A DNA stretch of 64,000 nt, taken from positions 96,001 through 160,000 of the forward strand of contig JAUVNS010000010.1 of NCBI GenBank assembly GCA_030599585.1, read 5' to 3'. A model generated the notes under the pieces. That model did no database searches, had not been told where the DNA came from, and saw only the letters and a program-made list of their open reading frames with translations. The position numbers were made by a program, and so were the translations under genes. This document shows, in pieces, positions 1 to 9,650 of this stretch. This DNA is from Promethearchaeota archaeon (GTDB taxonomy: Archaea > Asgardarchaeota > Lokiarchaeia > Sigyniarchaeales > SOKP01). Every line of letters starts with the position of its first letter. The stretch's first letter is position 1.

Positions 1-148
1 CACCATGCATAAGTAGAATGACTTCTGCTTGTTTGTTACCCTCGTCTAAATAATGGATATTGATCCCATCAACTTTTATAAAATGTGGGTTAAATGTAAA
101 ACCAGGAAGGTTTTCAAACCTTTCTTCTGGAGTGCTTAATAATTTCAT
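1..148 (-). CDS. Haloalkane dehalogenase-like alpha/beta hydrolase, N-terminal part (runs off the window)
   Basis: Manual translation MKLLSTPEERFENLPGFTFNPHFIKVDGINIHYLDEGNKQAEVILLMHG matches the typical LRTPDERFxNLP...HYxDEG...LLHG start of the family; not in the ORF track. Confidence 0.8.
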   Translation of the reverse strand, partial: MKLLSTPEERFENLPGFTFNPHFIKVDGINIHYLDEGNKQAEVILLMHG

Positions 149-264
149 TTTTTAGAAACCACTTTTATTCATTAATATATGTTAGTTATTTTTTCGAATT
201 TAAAAAATTTAATTGTTATGGACAAATTCTAAATCTTATAATATAAGAGTTATACAAATATTGA

Positions 265-1539
265 ATGACATTGAAAGTTTTATTCATTCGAGTATTTAAT
301 AAATTGAAAGAATTCTGGAATGAGAGGATCTTCCGGTATGCTATCCTAGTTCAACTATCTTACGTTCTTTTGTCAATAATTTTATTTTTCTTATTTTTAT
401 ACCAAAAAAATGATTTCGTAATTTTTTATGAATCAGGGAAGATTTTCCTCACAGATATTGAAAATCTGTATAATCAAGCTAATTATCTTTGGGATTTTAG
501 GTATTTTCCTTTATCTGCATTAATTTTTATTCCGTTTTCTTTTTTGGATTTTGGTCTAGCCTTTATTGCTTTTAATACTCTCAATTTCATCTTGAACATT
601 CTGATTTCTTTGATGATGTATAAAATCATAAAAGCAATTCGAGGTCAAGATCACGAAAATAACGATAAACGAATAATTCTATACATTAGCTTATATTTAA
701 TGGGAGTACCTCATATCCTTAATTATATTTATGGCCAAATTAATTTATTTATTACATTTTCAATCTTAGCTTCGTTATTGATTTTTCTATTCTACAAAAA
801 GATAAAATGGCAACTACTTGGAAGCATTATATTAGGAATCAGTATCATAATCAAGCCAACTTCATTCTTTCTAATTCCGTTTTTATTAGTAATACATTTT
901 GATATGAGTACGAAAAAGTTGAAAATCGACTTTTCAACTAGTGTAGTAAGGTTGGTTGGAGTTTTAATACCCGTCCTATTGAACTTTGTACTTTTCGCTA
1001 TTTACCCTAAACTATGGAATGATTTTCTTTCCACTAACTTTACTGGAAGTAATCCTCTTGCGTTAAATTTTTCTTTCAGCCTGACAAAACTAGTGACGAA
1101 TTTTTGTTATTTCTTCAATATACCATTCAATCAATTAATCGTATTGATAGTCTTAGTTGGATTAGTTGGTGGATTAGGATTTTTTTCTTACATATTGAGA
1201 AGGCGAGATACGGATTATATTTTATATGGTTATACTATTGGAATGATTATCATGCTCCTTACATATTTTGATAGTTGGGACCACCACTTGTTAAATCTAA
1301 CTCCCTTGCTGATTATAACAATCTTTAATCTTCCAAGAAGAGCGAAATTGATAGAATACATAAAACCAAGTTTCTTTTTCTTCAATTTTTTCGATATTAT
1401 TTTTGTAGGTGTATGGTTTTTAACTTATCCCTTGTTTCCCTATAATTTTGTCGGTACCTTTTTTCTATTCGTGTTATTATATAGCCTAACGAGGTATTTT
1501 CTGGTTAAAAAACTAAAAACTGATGAGGGAAAACTTTGA
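265..1539 (+). CDS. Polytopic GT-C glycosyltransferase, GT87/DUF2029 family
   Basis: DFxxFY, FRYFPLSAL, GQIN and SIIIKP motifs; many TM helices. Confidence 0.75.
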   Translation: MTLKVLFIRVFNKLKEFWNERIFRYAILVQLSYVLLSIILFFLFLYQKNDFVIFYESGKIFLTDIENLYNQANYLWDFRYFPLSALIFIPFSFLDFGLAFIAFNTLNFILNILISLMMYKIIKAIRGQDHENNDKRIILYISLYLMGVPHILNYIYGQINLFITFSILASLLIFLFYKKIKWQLLGSIILGISIIIKPTSFFLIPFLLVIHFDMSTKKLKIDFSTSVVRLVGVLIPVLLNFVLFAIYPKLWNDFLSTNFTGSNPLALNFSFSLTKLVTNFCYFFNIPFNQLIVLIVLVGLVGGLGFFSYILRRRDTDYILYGYTIGMIIMLLTYFDSWDHHLLNLTPLLIITIFNLPRRAKLIEYIKPSFFFFNFFDIIFVGVWFLTYPLFPYNFVGTFFLFVLLYSLTRYFLVKKLKTDEGKL

Positions 1540-2282
1540 TGAAAGTTAAAAAAGGAGGCATCTATACCAGTATAGCGCTCCTATTTCTTTTCATATTAGG
1601 ATTCTCATCAACGGTACTTGCTAACGATTATCAAATTGGAATTAAAACTAACGATGAGTTAATTTGGAATTGTCATTTATGTGATGATAACAAAATGGAT
1701 GAGTTGTTTGGAGAATTTTGGAACGATGCGGGAATGTTTGAAAACTTAAGTACAAACAGCAGAATGAAATGGCGTGTAAATATGGTGGAAGAAAACTCTA
1801 CAGCACTATCAGCTTTAATTAGTATATGGATGTGGGGGGTTGAGGATAATTGGGGTACGCAAGATAACAGCTCTAAATTCTCGTATCTAAAAAATCCAAT
1901 TCTATATCCTAGTGGCTTCAATTTTACAAATAGATTCCCGTTTATTCCTTTTTGGCTTCCTGTTCCTGTTGGCGAATATTTAGGGGAAGTACCTTTAGGT
2001 GAGATTTACGACGTTGATAATCGGGTATTACCAACTTTAAATGTACGAATTACTAAAGACTCCATCCATCCTAGCGAACCTACGGAAACGGTTTATTTTA
2101 TCGCAGTCTATAATACTAATGGGATTTTGAATTCTTTTAAGTTATATACAAGCGGTAATGTAGTCGTTGTTGACATTTCATTGGAAAGTTTACCGATTTT
2201 TGCTATCGCTTCAACGATAGGTTTAGTATTAGCATTTGTTTGCTCCATAGTTTTATATATAAAGAAAAAACGGATCACTTAA
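1536..2282 (+). CDS. Hypothetical exported protein with C-terminal membrane anchor
   Basis: N-terminal signal-like hydrophobic segment; C-terminal TM followed by KKKR; overlaps upstream stop. Confidence 0.7.
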   Translation: MMKVKKGGIYTSIALLFLFILGFSSTVLANDYQIGIKTNDELIWNCHLCDDNKMDELFGEFWNDAGMFENLSTNSRMKWRVNMVEENSTALSALISIWMWGVEDNWGTQDNSSKFSYLKNPILYPSGFNFTNRFPFIPFWLPVPVGEYLGEVPLGEIYDVDNRVLPTLNVRITKDSIHPSEPTETVYFIAVYNTNGILNSFKLYTSGNVVVVDISLESLPIFAIASTIGLVLAFVCSIVLYIKKKRIT

Positions 2283-2312
2283 TATCCAATTAAATTTTTT
2301 ACGATAAGTCCC

Positions 2313-3581
2313 ATGAATTATAAAGTAATATACACCAACTCTAAGAAACGGTTAGCAGAACTCTGGAATATAAAGTTTTTTAGATACGCAATTTTACTTC
2401 ATTCCTTTTACTTTTTTTTGTCAATAATAGTAACGCTTTTCTTTTTAAGAACGCAGAGTGATTTTTATGTTTATTATAAAGTTGGAGAAATTTATGTAAA
2501 CAATCCAAATAATCTCTATAACCCTGCCTATTATGTTGATATATGGCCTTTTAGGTATTTACCTCTATCAGCCTTACTTTTTGTTCCTTATTATTTATTG
2601 GGGTTTAATTTAGGATTTATTATTTTCAATTTTATCAATTTTATCCTAAATATTCTGATCTCTGTAATCCTATACAAAGTCATCATATTGGTTAGAGGGG
2701 ATGACCACGAAAGAGAAGATAAAAGAATTATATTATATATTTGTTTTTATTTAATCGGTTTACCTCAGGTTTTTAATTATATTTTAGGACAAATCAATTT
2801 ATATGTAACTCTATTAATATTATTATCCTTATTCATTTTTCTTAAATTTAAAAAAACCAAATATCAATTATTGGCAAGTTTTATAGTAGGAATAAGTATT
2901 ATAATCAAACCCACCGCAATATTTATGATACCCTTCATAATTGTTCTCAATTACAACTTCGAGAAAAAGAGAATTTCATTTGATCTTAAACTTAGCTTTT
3001 TAAGGCTATTCGGAGTTCTTTTACCTCTGTCAGTAAATGTTGTAATGTTTCTCATTTATCCTGATTTACTTACTGGGTTTTTAGGCACGAATTTTACTGG
3101 TTCTGAAACCGTGCTTTTAAACCATTCTTTTAGCATTACCAAAATCATTTCAAACATGTTATTATTTATAGGCGTTCCATCGAACGAATTAAATGTTTTA
3201 CCCATCTTTATTAGCGTTTTGCTCGTCTTAGGGTGTTTCGGATTTATATTTTATATTTTTAGAAGGTTTAATAAAAATAATTTGATATACGGATACACTT
3301 TTGGAATGTTAATAATGTTCCTTGCTTATTTTGACTCTTGGGATCACCACCTACTCAACCTAATACCGCTTTTAATTATTATGTTATTTAATTTACCGCG
3401 AAGTTCAGAATTAACAAGAAAATACATAAAACCTAGTTTTTTCTTTCTAAGCTTTTTAGGTCTAGTTTTTACCGGAATTTTTTGGTTTACCCAACTATTC
3501 TTTCCATTTAATTTTGCCTCTACAATCTTCTTAATTCTAATTTTTATCGGAGTCAGCCGATATTGTATACTAAAAAATTAA
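2313..3581 (+). CDS. GT87/DUF2029 glycosyltransferase, paralogue of 265..1539
   Basis: Same motifs (DFYVYY, FRYLPLSAL, GQIN, YFDSWDHHLLNL); colinear with the first copy. Confidence 0.75.
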   Translation: MNYKVIYTNSKKRLAELWNIKFFRYAILLHSFYFFLSIIVTLFFLRTQSDFYVYYKVGEIYVNNPNNLYNPAYYVDIWPFRYLPLSALLFVPYYLLGFNLGFIIFNFINFILNILISVILYKVIILVRGDDHEREDKRIILYICFYLIGLPQVFNYILGQINLYVTLLILLSLFIFLKFKKTKYQLLASFIVGISIIIKPTAIFMIPFIIVLNYNFEKKRISFDLKLSFLRLFGVLLPLSVNVVMFLIYPDLLTGFLGTNFTGSETVLLNHSFSITKIISNMLLFIGVPSNELNVLPIFISVLLVLGCFGFIFYIFRRFNKNNLIYGYTFGMLIMFLAYFDSWDHHLLNLIPLLIIMLFNLPRSSELTRKYIKPSFFFLSFLGLVFTGIFWFTQLFFPFNFASTIFLILIFIGVSRYCILKN

Positions 3582-3755
3582 TGGAAATTTGATTTAGGTC
3601 AATTTTTCACCTAATTGAACGGCTTTATATTCCCACTTCAATTAACACTAATTCAATACATAATGATTAAAGTTAAATAATTTCTATTCTACACTAACTT
3701 GAAAATTTGAATATATAATATAATAAATAAATCCAAAAGACACATTAGAAATACC

Positions 3756-4466
3756 ATGGTCCAAGAATATATCATCATTTTTATGCCCGCCTTTTTGTTA
3801 GGAATCTTACATACTGCTATTCCATGTGAAGATAAAGCTATCTTCTTTTTTTGGTCTTTCGGAATAGCTAAAACTCCTACTAAAAGCATTTATATCTTAG
3901 CGCTTTATGGATTGGGTTTAATCTGTGCAAATATGCTCATTGCATCTGTAACAGTCTTGATTACCCAAGTCCCAAGATTTGTCTTTCCGACCTTCACACC
4001 AGATCCGTATGTCATTAACTTTTTCGGCGCTTTTACGTCTATGATCGCGGGAATCATTATCTTATTCTTTTTGACAAGACGAGACTATACGCCACATTCG
4101 AAGTATTCAAAGGAAATTTCAACTTTAGATTGGGAATTAAAGAAGACTCCATTTTTCTTTGGTATTTTAGCTGGGTTTGCTCCTTGTATATTTGAGTTAA
4201 TTATATATTCTCAATCATTTCAGTTCTCATTAGGATATGGCTTTATCGAGGGGTTATTAGTTGTTTTTTACTTTTCGCTTGGGACCTTCGTGGGGCTTTT
4301 TCCACTTGCATTAGCGAAATATGGAACCTCGCAAATGGTCAAGCCAAATATTAAAAGAAGGAAAGTGATTTTCTACATGATGATTTTAATAATCATAGCT
4401 TTCAATAGTGTGGTAATGATTTTATCGTTTTTACGAATATCTGTATTTCCTATAGAAAGTTTATAG
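3756..4466 (+). CDS. Membrane protein of the NiCoT/RcnA/UreH-DsbD-like group
   Basis: GILHTAIPC and GFAPC motifs; about 6 TM helices. Confidence 0.5.
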   Translation: MVQEYIIIFMPAFLLGILHTAIPCEDKAIFFFWSFGIAKTPTKSIYILALYGLGLICANMLIASVTVLITQVPRFVFPTFTPDPYVINFFGAFTSMIAGIIILFFLTRRDYTPHSKYSKEISTLDWELKKTPFFFGILAGFAPCIFELIIYSQSFQFSLGYGFIEGLLVVFYFSLGTFVGLFPLALAKYGTSQMVKPNIKRRKVIFYMMILIIIAFNSVVMILSFLRISVFPIESL

Positions 4467-4634
4467 GTAACCATAAGTAAAACACTAAATATTAAATTTC
4501 TAATCAAAAAATTAAAAACTCATTGATTATTCAAGTAATCAATATTGGTCTCATAAAATAATTTATTATACTGTATTTTTATATATATTATAACTAATTA
4601 TACATCTTTCACCAATGATGGAGATAAGTAAATA

Positions 4635-7007
4635 ATGGTTGAATGCAAATTTTGTGAATCTCAAAACATTTCTTTTACTTGTGAGAAATGCAAGTCAAGT
4701 TTTTGCATTAACCATATGGCTACAACAGAAAGTTGGCTTTGTAAAAAACATGCGTTACATTATTCTAAGGCGAGTGCCACTGAGAAATTTTATAAATGTA
4801 CTGTTATTGAAAATAGTAAATGTCCAGAATGCGATTCTCTCTTAAGATTAGAAAGATTATCATCTGGTCATTATTATTTAGAGTGCATTGATGAAGCATG
4901 CAGTTGGAACTCTTACTTAAAATCTCCTGGCTTATTTTTTCCTACTAAAGAACAGTTAGCTAGAGAAGCTACGAAATATAACTTAATTAAAGGATATAGG
5001 TTAAATTTATGTCGTAGGTCTCTTAAAAAAATAGTTGGAAAAGAAATTTGTCCAAACTGTTTCATAGAATTACTCAAGAGAGCCACAATTACTAACTTCT
5101 CCACTATTATCGAATCATTCAATGTTACTGCTCAACAAATGATTAAATTAATTAATCAATACATTGAAGAGGAACGAATCTATGGTATAATTGATCAGAA
5201 GAACCAGATTTTTTACTACATATCCTACGAAATCCGTGAGAAAATTTTATCGAAAATTCAAAACGAGGGCATTTTGAAAGTAGCAGATCTGGGAGAAATG
5301 CTCGATATGAGTTCAGACGCGGCTATAAAAGTCATTTACAAGTTGATTAGCCAATTTCAAATTAAGGGCTCCTTTTCACAAACGAAACAATTTTATTACT
5401 CCCAAAAATATATAATGGACCAATTAATAAAAGAGATTAATAAAAAGGGAAGGGTATCGTTAGATAAACTTGCGAAAATATTTGATGTCCCAGGAGAATT
5501 GACAAAATCTTTTTGCGTCAATCTAATGAGAACTAACGCAGTAAACGGATTTTTTGCCGATCGTGGTAATGAAATTATTACATCTGACCAAATCTATAAA
5601 GAAATTAAAGCATATTCAAAAGAAGTAGGTTTATTTGAGCTCTCTAAGCTTGCTATAAAATTAAAAATAGCGATAGAATTAGCAAGAAAAAGTCTACATG
5701 AACTCATTAAATCTGGCAAAGTTAAAGGCCTTTTTACACAACGCAGAGAATTTATGACTCGTAAATACCTTGAAACGAAAATAAAAGAAATCGCTCGAGC
5801 CTATAGAACGATGCCATTAAGAGAACTTTCAAATCGATTGGGTGTAACTGAATCCAGTATAGAAGAGAATCTTGCTCAACTTATTGGAAGCGGAGATATC
5901 GATGGTTTTATTGATTTAGGAAAGCGAATGTTTACGGCATACTCGGTACCACGCACTTCATCTAAAACTTCGCGTCCAAAACAGAAAAAATCAATTTCTA
6001 TCGATGAGGGAAGCATAGAAATTGTAAGGGATTATGATTTCGAAGGTGGACAAGTACATATGAAAATAGCCGTGCGGAATAAAAGCGATATGGCTATAAA
6101 TAATGTTAAAGTTTTATTGGATGCGCCATCTAACTTCAAAGTAAAACAACCTTTGATTAGTGTTCCCGTAATTGAAGCTAATAATAGTAGGGGCGTTGAT
6201 TTTTATCTTGAGCCCAAAACTTGCGGTACATCAAATATTGGCGGAACTGTGATATTTAAAGACGCATCAGGTGAAAAACACACTAAACACATAAGAAAAC
6301 AAGAAGTTGCTATAAAATGTCCTCTTGTTTGTACCTCAATGAGCACTATAGAGGATTGCCAAGTCGCGATACAAACCTTAGGAAACGATGCTCGGGCATT
6401 TTTAATTGCTGATTTAGACCCTCGTTTAGCATATAGGGCTGCGATAAGAACTCTAAAAAACTTTGATACTAGCGCTGTAACATCCCACGAGGGTTCTGAC
6501 GCAAAGGGAAACTACGAAGCTGAAGCATGGTTCTGTTCTGAAGCAAAAACTACTGGCGGAAGAATTATTACACGTATCTATGTATCTGAAACAAGTCAGT
6601 CATTAGAAGTAAGGGTATGGTGTGGAAACGCAGGAATGCTTACGGGATTCTTAGCAAAAATTATAGAAATACTGTTTGAGCAGATAAACATAATCAGAAA
6701 AATCAAATCAGAGGAAAGAGAGAAAACAATAGATGTCATGGCAATTACACAGAACTTAGCTGAAATCAGCGATTATTGTATGCTTAGATGGAAGGCACAG
6801 AATATAAGAAACAAGTTACATGACACATTTGTCCGTTTAAGGAAAATTATAGGAGATAATGAGGCTATTTTAGGTAGAGTTGAATATTGGCTAACTCAAT
6901 TGAATAAATATGGCAAAGACGACAAAATCAGCGATGAAGATGCCGAAAAATTAGTGAATGATGTAGAAAAAATCAAAAATGTCGTTTCTCGAGCAATAAA
7001 ACTGTGA
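4635..7007 (+). CDS. Multidomain protein: Zn fingers, tandem PCI-type winged helices, Ig-sandwich/platform (appendage-like) C-terminus
   Basis: CxxC clusters; repeated ~60 aa units such as YRTMPLRELSNRLGVTESSIEENLAQLIGSGDIDGFID; beta-sandwich then alpha/beta region. Confidence 0.6.
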   Translation: MVECKFCESQNISFTCEKCKSSFCINHMATTESWLCKKHALHYSKASATEKFYKCTVIENSKCPECDSLLRLERLSSGHYYLECIDEACSWNSYLKSPGLFFPTKEQLAREATKYNLIKGYRLNLCRRSLKKIVGKEICPNCFIELLKRATITNFSTIIESFNVTAQQMIKLINQYIEEERIYGIIDQKNQIFYYISYEIREKILSKIQNEGILKVADLGEMLDMSSDAAIKVIYKLISQFQIKGSFSQTKQFYYSQKYIMDQLIKEINKKGRVSLDKLAKIFDVPGELTKSFCVNLMRTNAVNGFFADRGNEIITSDQIYKEIKAYSKEVGLFELSKLAIKLKIAIELARKSLHELIKSGKVKGLFTQRREFMTRKYLETKIKEIARAYRTMPLRELSNRLGVTESSIEENLAQLIGSGDIDGFIDLGKRMFTAYSVPRTSSKTSRPKQKKSISIDEGSIEIVRDYDFEGGQVHMKIAVRNKSDMAINNVKVLLDAPSNFKVKQPLISVPVIEANNSRGVDFYLEPKTCGTSNIGGTVIFKDASGEKHTKHIRKQEVAIKCPLVCTSMSTIEDCQVAIQTLGNDARAFLIADLDPRLAYRAAIRTLKNFDTSAVTSHEGSDAKGNYEAEAWFCSEAKTTGGRIITRIYVSETSQSLEVRVWCGNAGMLTGFLAKIIEILFEQINIIRKIKSEEREKTIDVMAITQNLAEISDYCMLRWKAQNIRNKLHDTFVRLRKIIGDNEAILGRVEYWLTQLNKYGKDDKISDEDAEKLVNDVEKIKNVVSRAIKL

Positions 7008-7084
7008 TTTTTTTTATTGAACAACATTTATAAGTATTCTCGTGAATTTATATTAATAATAAGTGAAAAGAGTTTTGAATTAGA

Positions 7085-7501
7085 ATGAGTCCCATAATTA
7101 GCATATCTATAAACGAAAGCTTAAAACAATTTATAAATAAACTTGTTTCAAAAAACCGATACGATAACAAATCCAAGCTAATCCGAGATGCTTTATTAAG
7201 ACTAATGTCGGATATTGAAGTATCGAGCTTCGAGTCTATTGGAGATATAGCTTCGATTGAGAAAAGTATTATTGGAAACCTAATTATAATTATGCCCCAT
7301 GATCCGATTGTTCAGAGAAAATTGAACAAAATCGAAAATAAATATATGGAGCAGATTGTTAATAAAAATCAACATTTCCAAGGAGAAAATCTCATAATGT
7401 CAATTATTTTCGATGGGAATGTCGCAGATTTTCAGAATATTGTAGTCGACATAAATGGGATTAAAGAACTTAAGAACTTCCGTTATTTAATAGTTAATTA
7501 A
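7085..7501 (+). CDS. Ribbon-helix-helix (CopG/NikR-like) regulator with ACT-like C-domain
   Basis: IISISIN...NKSKLIRDAL RHH pattern; NikR-like length but the Ni-ligand His/Cys set is largely missing. Confidence 0.7.
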   Translation: MSPIISISINESLKQFINKLVSKNRYDNKSKLIRDALLRLMSDIEVSSFESIGDIASIEKSIIGNLIIIMPHDPIVQRKLNKIENKYMEQIVNKNQHFQGENLIMSIIFDGNVADFQNIVVDINGIKELKNFRYLIVN

Positions 7502-7649
7502 GCGTAAAATAGCTTAAATAAATCTTGTTTTATTCTACAGAAGGATTAAATAAATTAGTTATATTGAATTTGATACTTAAAACTAGTCGGGATTAACTTT
7601 AATAGATATATCTAATTTAAAACAATGTCACATTATTATTGAAGTATAA

Positions 7650-8756
7650 ATGAATATGTCTTATAGAAAATTACAGCAACGGTTAGATACTTTACCGATA
7701 GGGTTTCCGGCGACAAAATCAGGTGTGGAGCTCCGAATATTAAAAGCCCTTTTTAATCCTAAAGAAGCGGAAATAGCGGTGAAAATGGGTTTTATACCCG
7801 AATCTGTAGAAAAGATTTACAGGCGCGTGAAAAAAATAGTAGCATCAAAAGAAGAATTAAGGGAAATCTTATATAAGATGTACCACAATGGGGCGATAAA
7901 CTTACAAAGAACCGATGAAGGTAATGGAGAAAAAATACTATATCATTTAGCATTTTTAGCAGTGGGAATGTACGAATATCAAGTTGGTACGCTTACTAAA
8001 GATTTTTATGAGGATATTGAGGATTATTTTGAGGAAGCTTACAAGGATGAAGTTATAAGTACAAAGATTAATCAATTAAGGACAATACCCATTGAAGAAA
8101 GCATCACACCCGAGCATAATGTAGCTACTTTCGATGAATTAAAAGAAATTATAAGGAAGACTAAGAAAATCGCAGTTATGGAATGTATTTGTCAAAAAGG
8201 TAAAGAGCTTATAGATAATCCGTGTAAACAAACTGATATGAGAGAACATTGTTTTGCATTGAACAATTCTGCTCAACACGTTGTAGATCTTAGCAACGGC
8301 AAGTTTGTCACTAACGATGAAGCCCTACTTATTCTTAAAAGAGCTCAAGAAGAAGGACTAATCCTTCAACCTGGCAACGCTTTAGATCCAAATTTCATCT
8401 GTTGTTGCTGTGGATGTTGTTGCGATTTAATAACTAATATTAAAAAACTTGAGCGTCCTTGGGAGTTATTTCATTCAAATTTTATCGCAAGTGTTGATTC
8501 TGATTTATGTATTGGTTGTGAATCCTGCTTGAATAGGTGTCAAATGGATGCTATTGAAATGGTAGAAAATATAGCAACTTTGAACCAAAATTTATGTATA
8601 GGATGTGGTAATTGCGTTGTCACTTGTTCAGAAGAAGCCATAACGCTCGAGAAAAAAGAGAAAGAGTTAATTCCTCCCAATACTACAAAAGACTTATTTC
8701 TGAAAATAATGGTGAAAAAAGCGGAATTAAGGAGAAAGGAAAAGGGAGTGTTATAA
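7650..8756 (+). CDS. 4Fe-4S dicluster protein with N-terminal HTH-like region
   Basis: CIC, CCCCGCCC and two CxxCxxCxxxC ferredoxin motifs. Confidence 0.85.
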   Translation: MNMSYRKLQQRLDTLPIGFPATKSGVELRILKALFNPKEAEIAVKMGFIPESVEKIYRRVKKIVASKEELREILYKMYHNGAINLQRTDEGNGEKILYHLAFLAVGMYEYQVGTLTKDFYEDIEDYFEEAYKDEVISTKINQLRTIPIEESITPEHNVATFDELKEIIRKTKKIAVMECICQKGKELIDNPCKQTDMREHCFALNNSAQHVVDLSNGKFVTNDEALLILKRAQEEGLILQPGNALDPNFICCCCGCCCDLITNIKKLERPWELFHSNFIASVDSDLCIGCESCLNRCQMDAIEMVENIATLNQNLCIGCGNCVVTCSEEAITLEKKEKELIPPNTTKDLFLKIMVKKAELRRKEKGVL

Positions 8757-8774
8757 AACTTTAGGTGTTGAACA

Positions 8775-9137
8775 ATGGGAAAAGGGAAGTATGGAAAAGG
8801 ATATGATAAAAAAAGCCAAGCTTCAAAAAGCTCTGGCTCTAAAGGTGGAGGGGCGCCTATTCGTGGAGGTAAGATCAAAGCCAGTCACATTTTAGTTGAT
8901 AAATTCAGTAAAGCTCAAGAGCTTTCTGAGGATATTCAAGCCGGAGAGAACTTTGAAAATTTAGCAAGGCAATTTTCTACGTGTTCGAGCAAGAAAAAGG
9001 GCGGAAATTTAGGTGAATTTGCCAAAGGGGATATGGTCGCTGAATTTTGGAATGCTTGTACAAAATTGAAGATCAAAGAAATTTCTCAGCCCGTTAAATC
9101 TAAATTTGGATATCATATTATTAAAAGAACGGGATAA
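8775..9137 (+). CDS. Parvulin-type peptidyl-prolyl isomerase with basic N-terminal tail
   Basis: ASHIL, LARQFSTC, GGNLG and FGYHII motifs. Confidence 0.92.
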   Translation: MGKGKYGKGYDKKSQASKSSGSKGGGAPIRGGKIKASHILVDKFSKAQELSEDIQAGENFENLARQFSTCSSKKKGGNLGEFAKGDMVAEFWNACTKLKIKEISQPVKSKFGYHIIKRTG

Positions 9138-9192
9138 ATTAATCATTACTACATAGATTGTTTTTCAATAATCAAATTAAAAGGAATAGAAA

Positions 9193-9265
9193 TAGCCCAG
9201 CACGGATTCGAACCGTGGTCACGGGGTTCAGGGCCCCAGATGCTTGACCGCTACACCACTGGGCT
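9193..9265 (-). tRNA. tRNA-Gln (CUG)
   Basis: Cloverleaf AGCCCAG...CTGGGCT-A; T-loop GGTTCGAATCC; anticodon loop CCCTGAA; no intron, no encoded CCA. Confidence 0.92.
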
Positions 9266-9438
9266 TTAAAATGATAATTTATTAATAAGATATAGTTGGT
9301 ATTATCTAAAAAATCTTTTTCTTTTGAAAAGATGGCTAATCCAAAAAGCCTACTAGAATTTCAGATTTTATAGTGCAAAAAAAAAACCTATCTTTGAATA
9401 AAGATAGATTTATATTACTTCATAACCTTATGATGTAT

Positions 9439-9618
9439 TGGATTACACTAGGTTTACATGGAGGATTATAAAAAAAAAACTTGTTTTTATTAATGCTCTT
9501 CTGAGTATTAATACCCCGTGAAATTACGCGTTTTCCGCGTATTTTGGGAAACTGAAAAAACAAAACCCCGTTAAACTAAAAGTAATACCTTATCCTCCAG
9601 GTGTAATCCACTTTTTTT
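9439..9618 (+). ncRNA. Candidate structured ncRNA (~172 nt plus T-tract)
   Basis: End-to-end pairing, nested helices, upstream TTTATATT box at 9409-9416, T7 tract at 9612-9618. Confidence 0.55.
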
Positions 9619-9650
9619 GAAAAGATAATTAACCCTTAATACTAATATCA

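Noticed and set aside
9439-9610. MITE, or telomerase/Y-RNA identity for the structured element
   Set aside because: No TSD or second copy in the window; similarity to those RNAs is superficial
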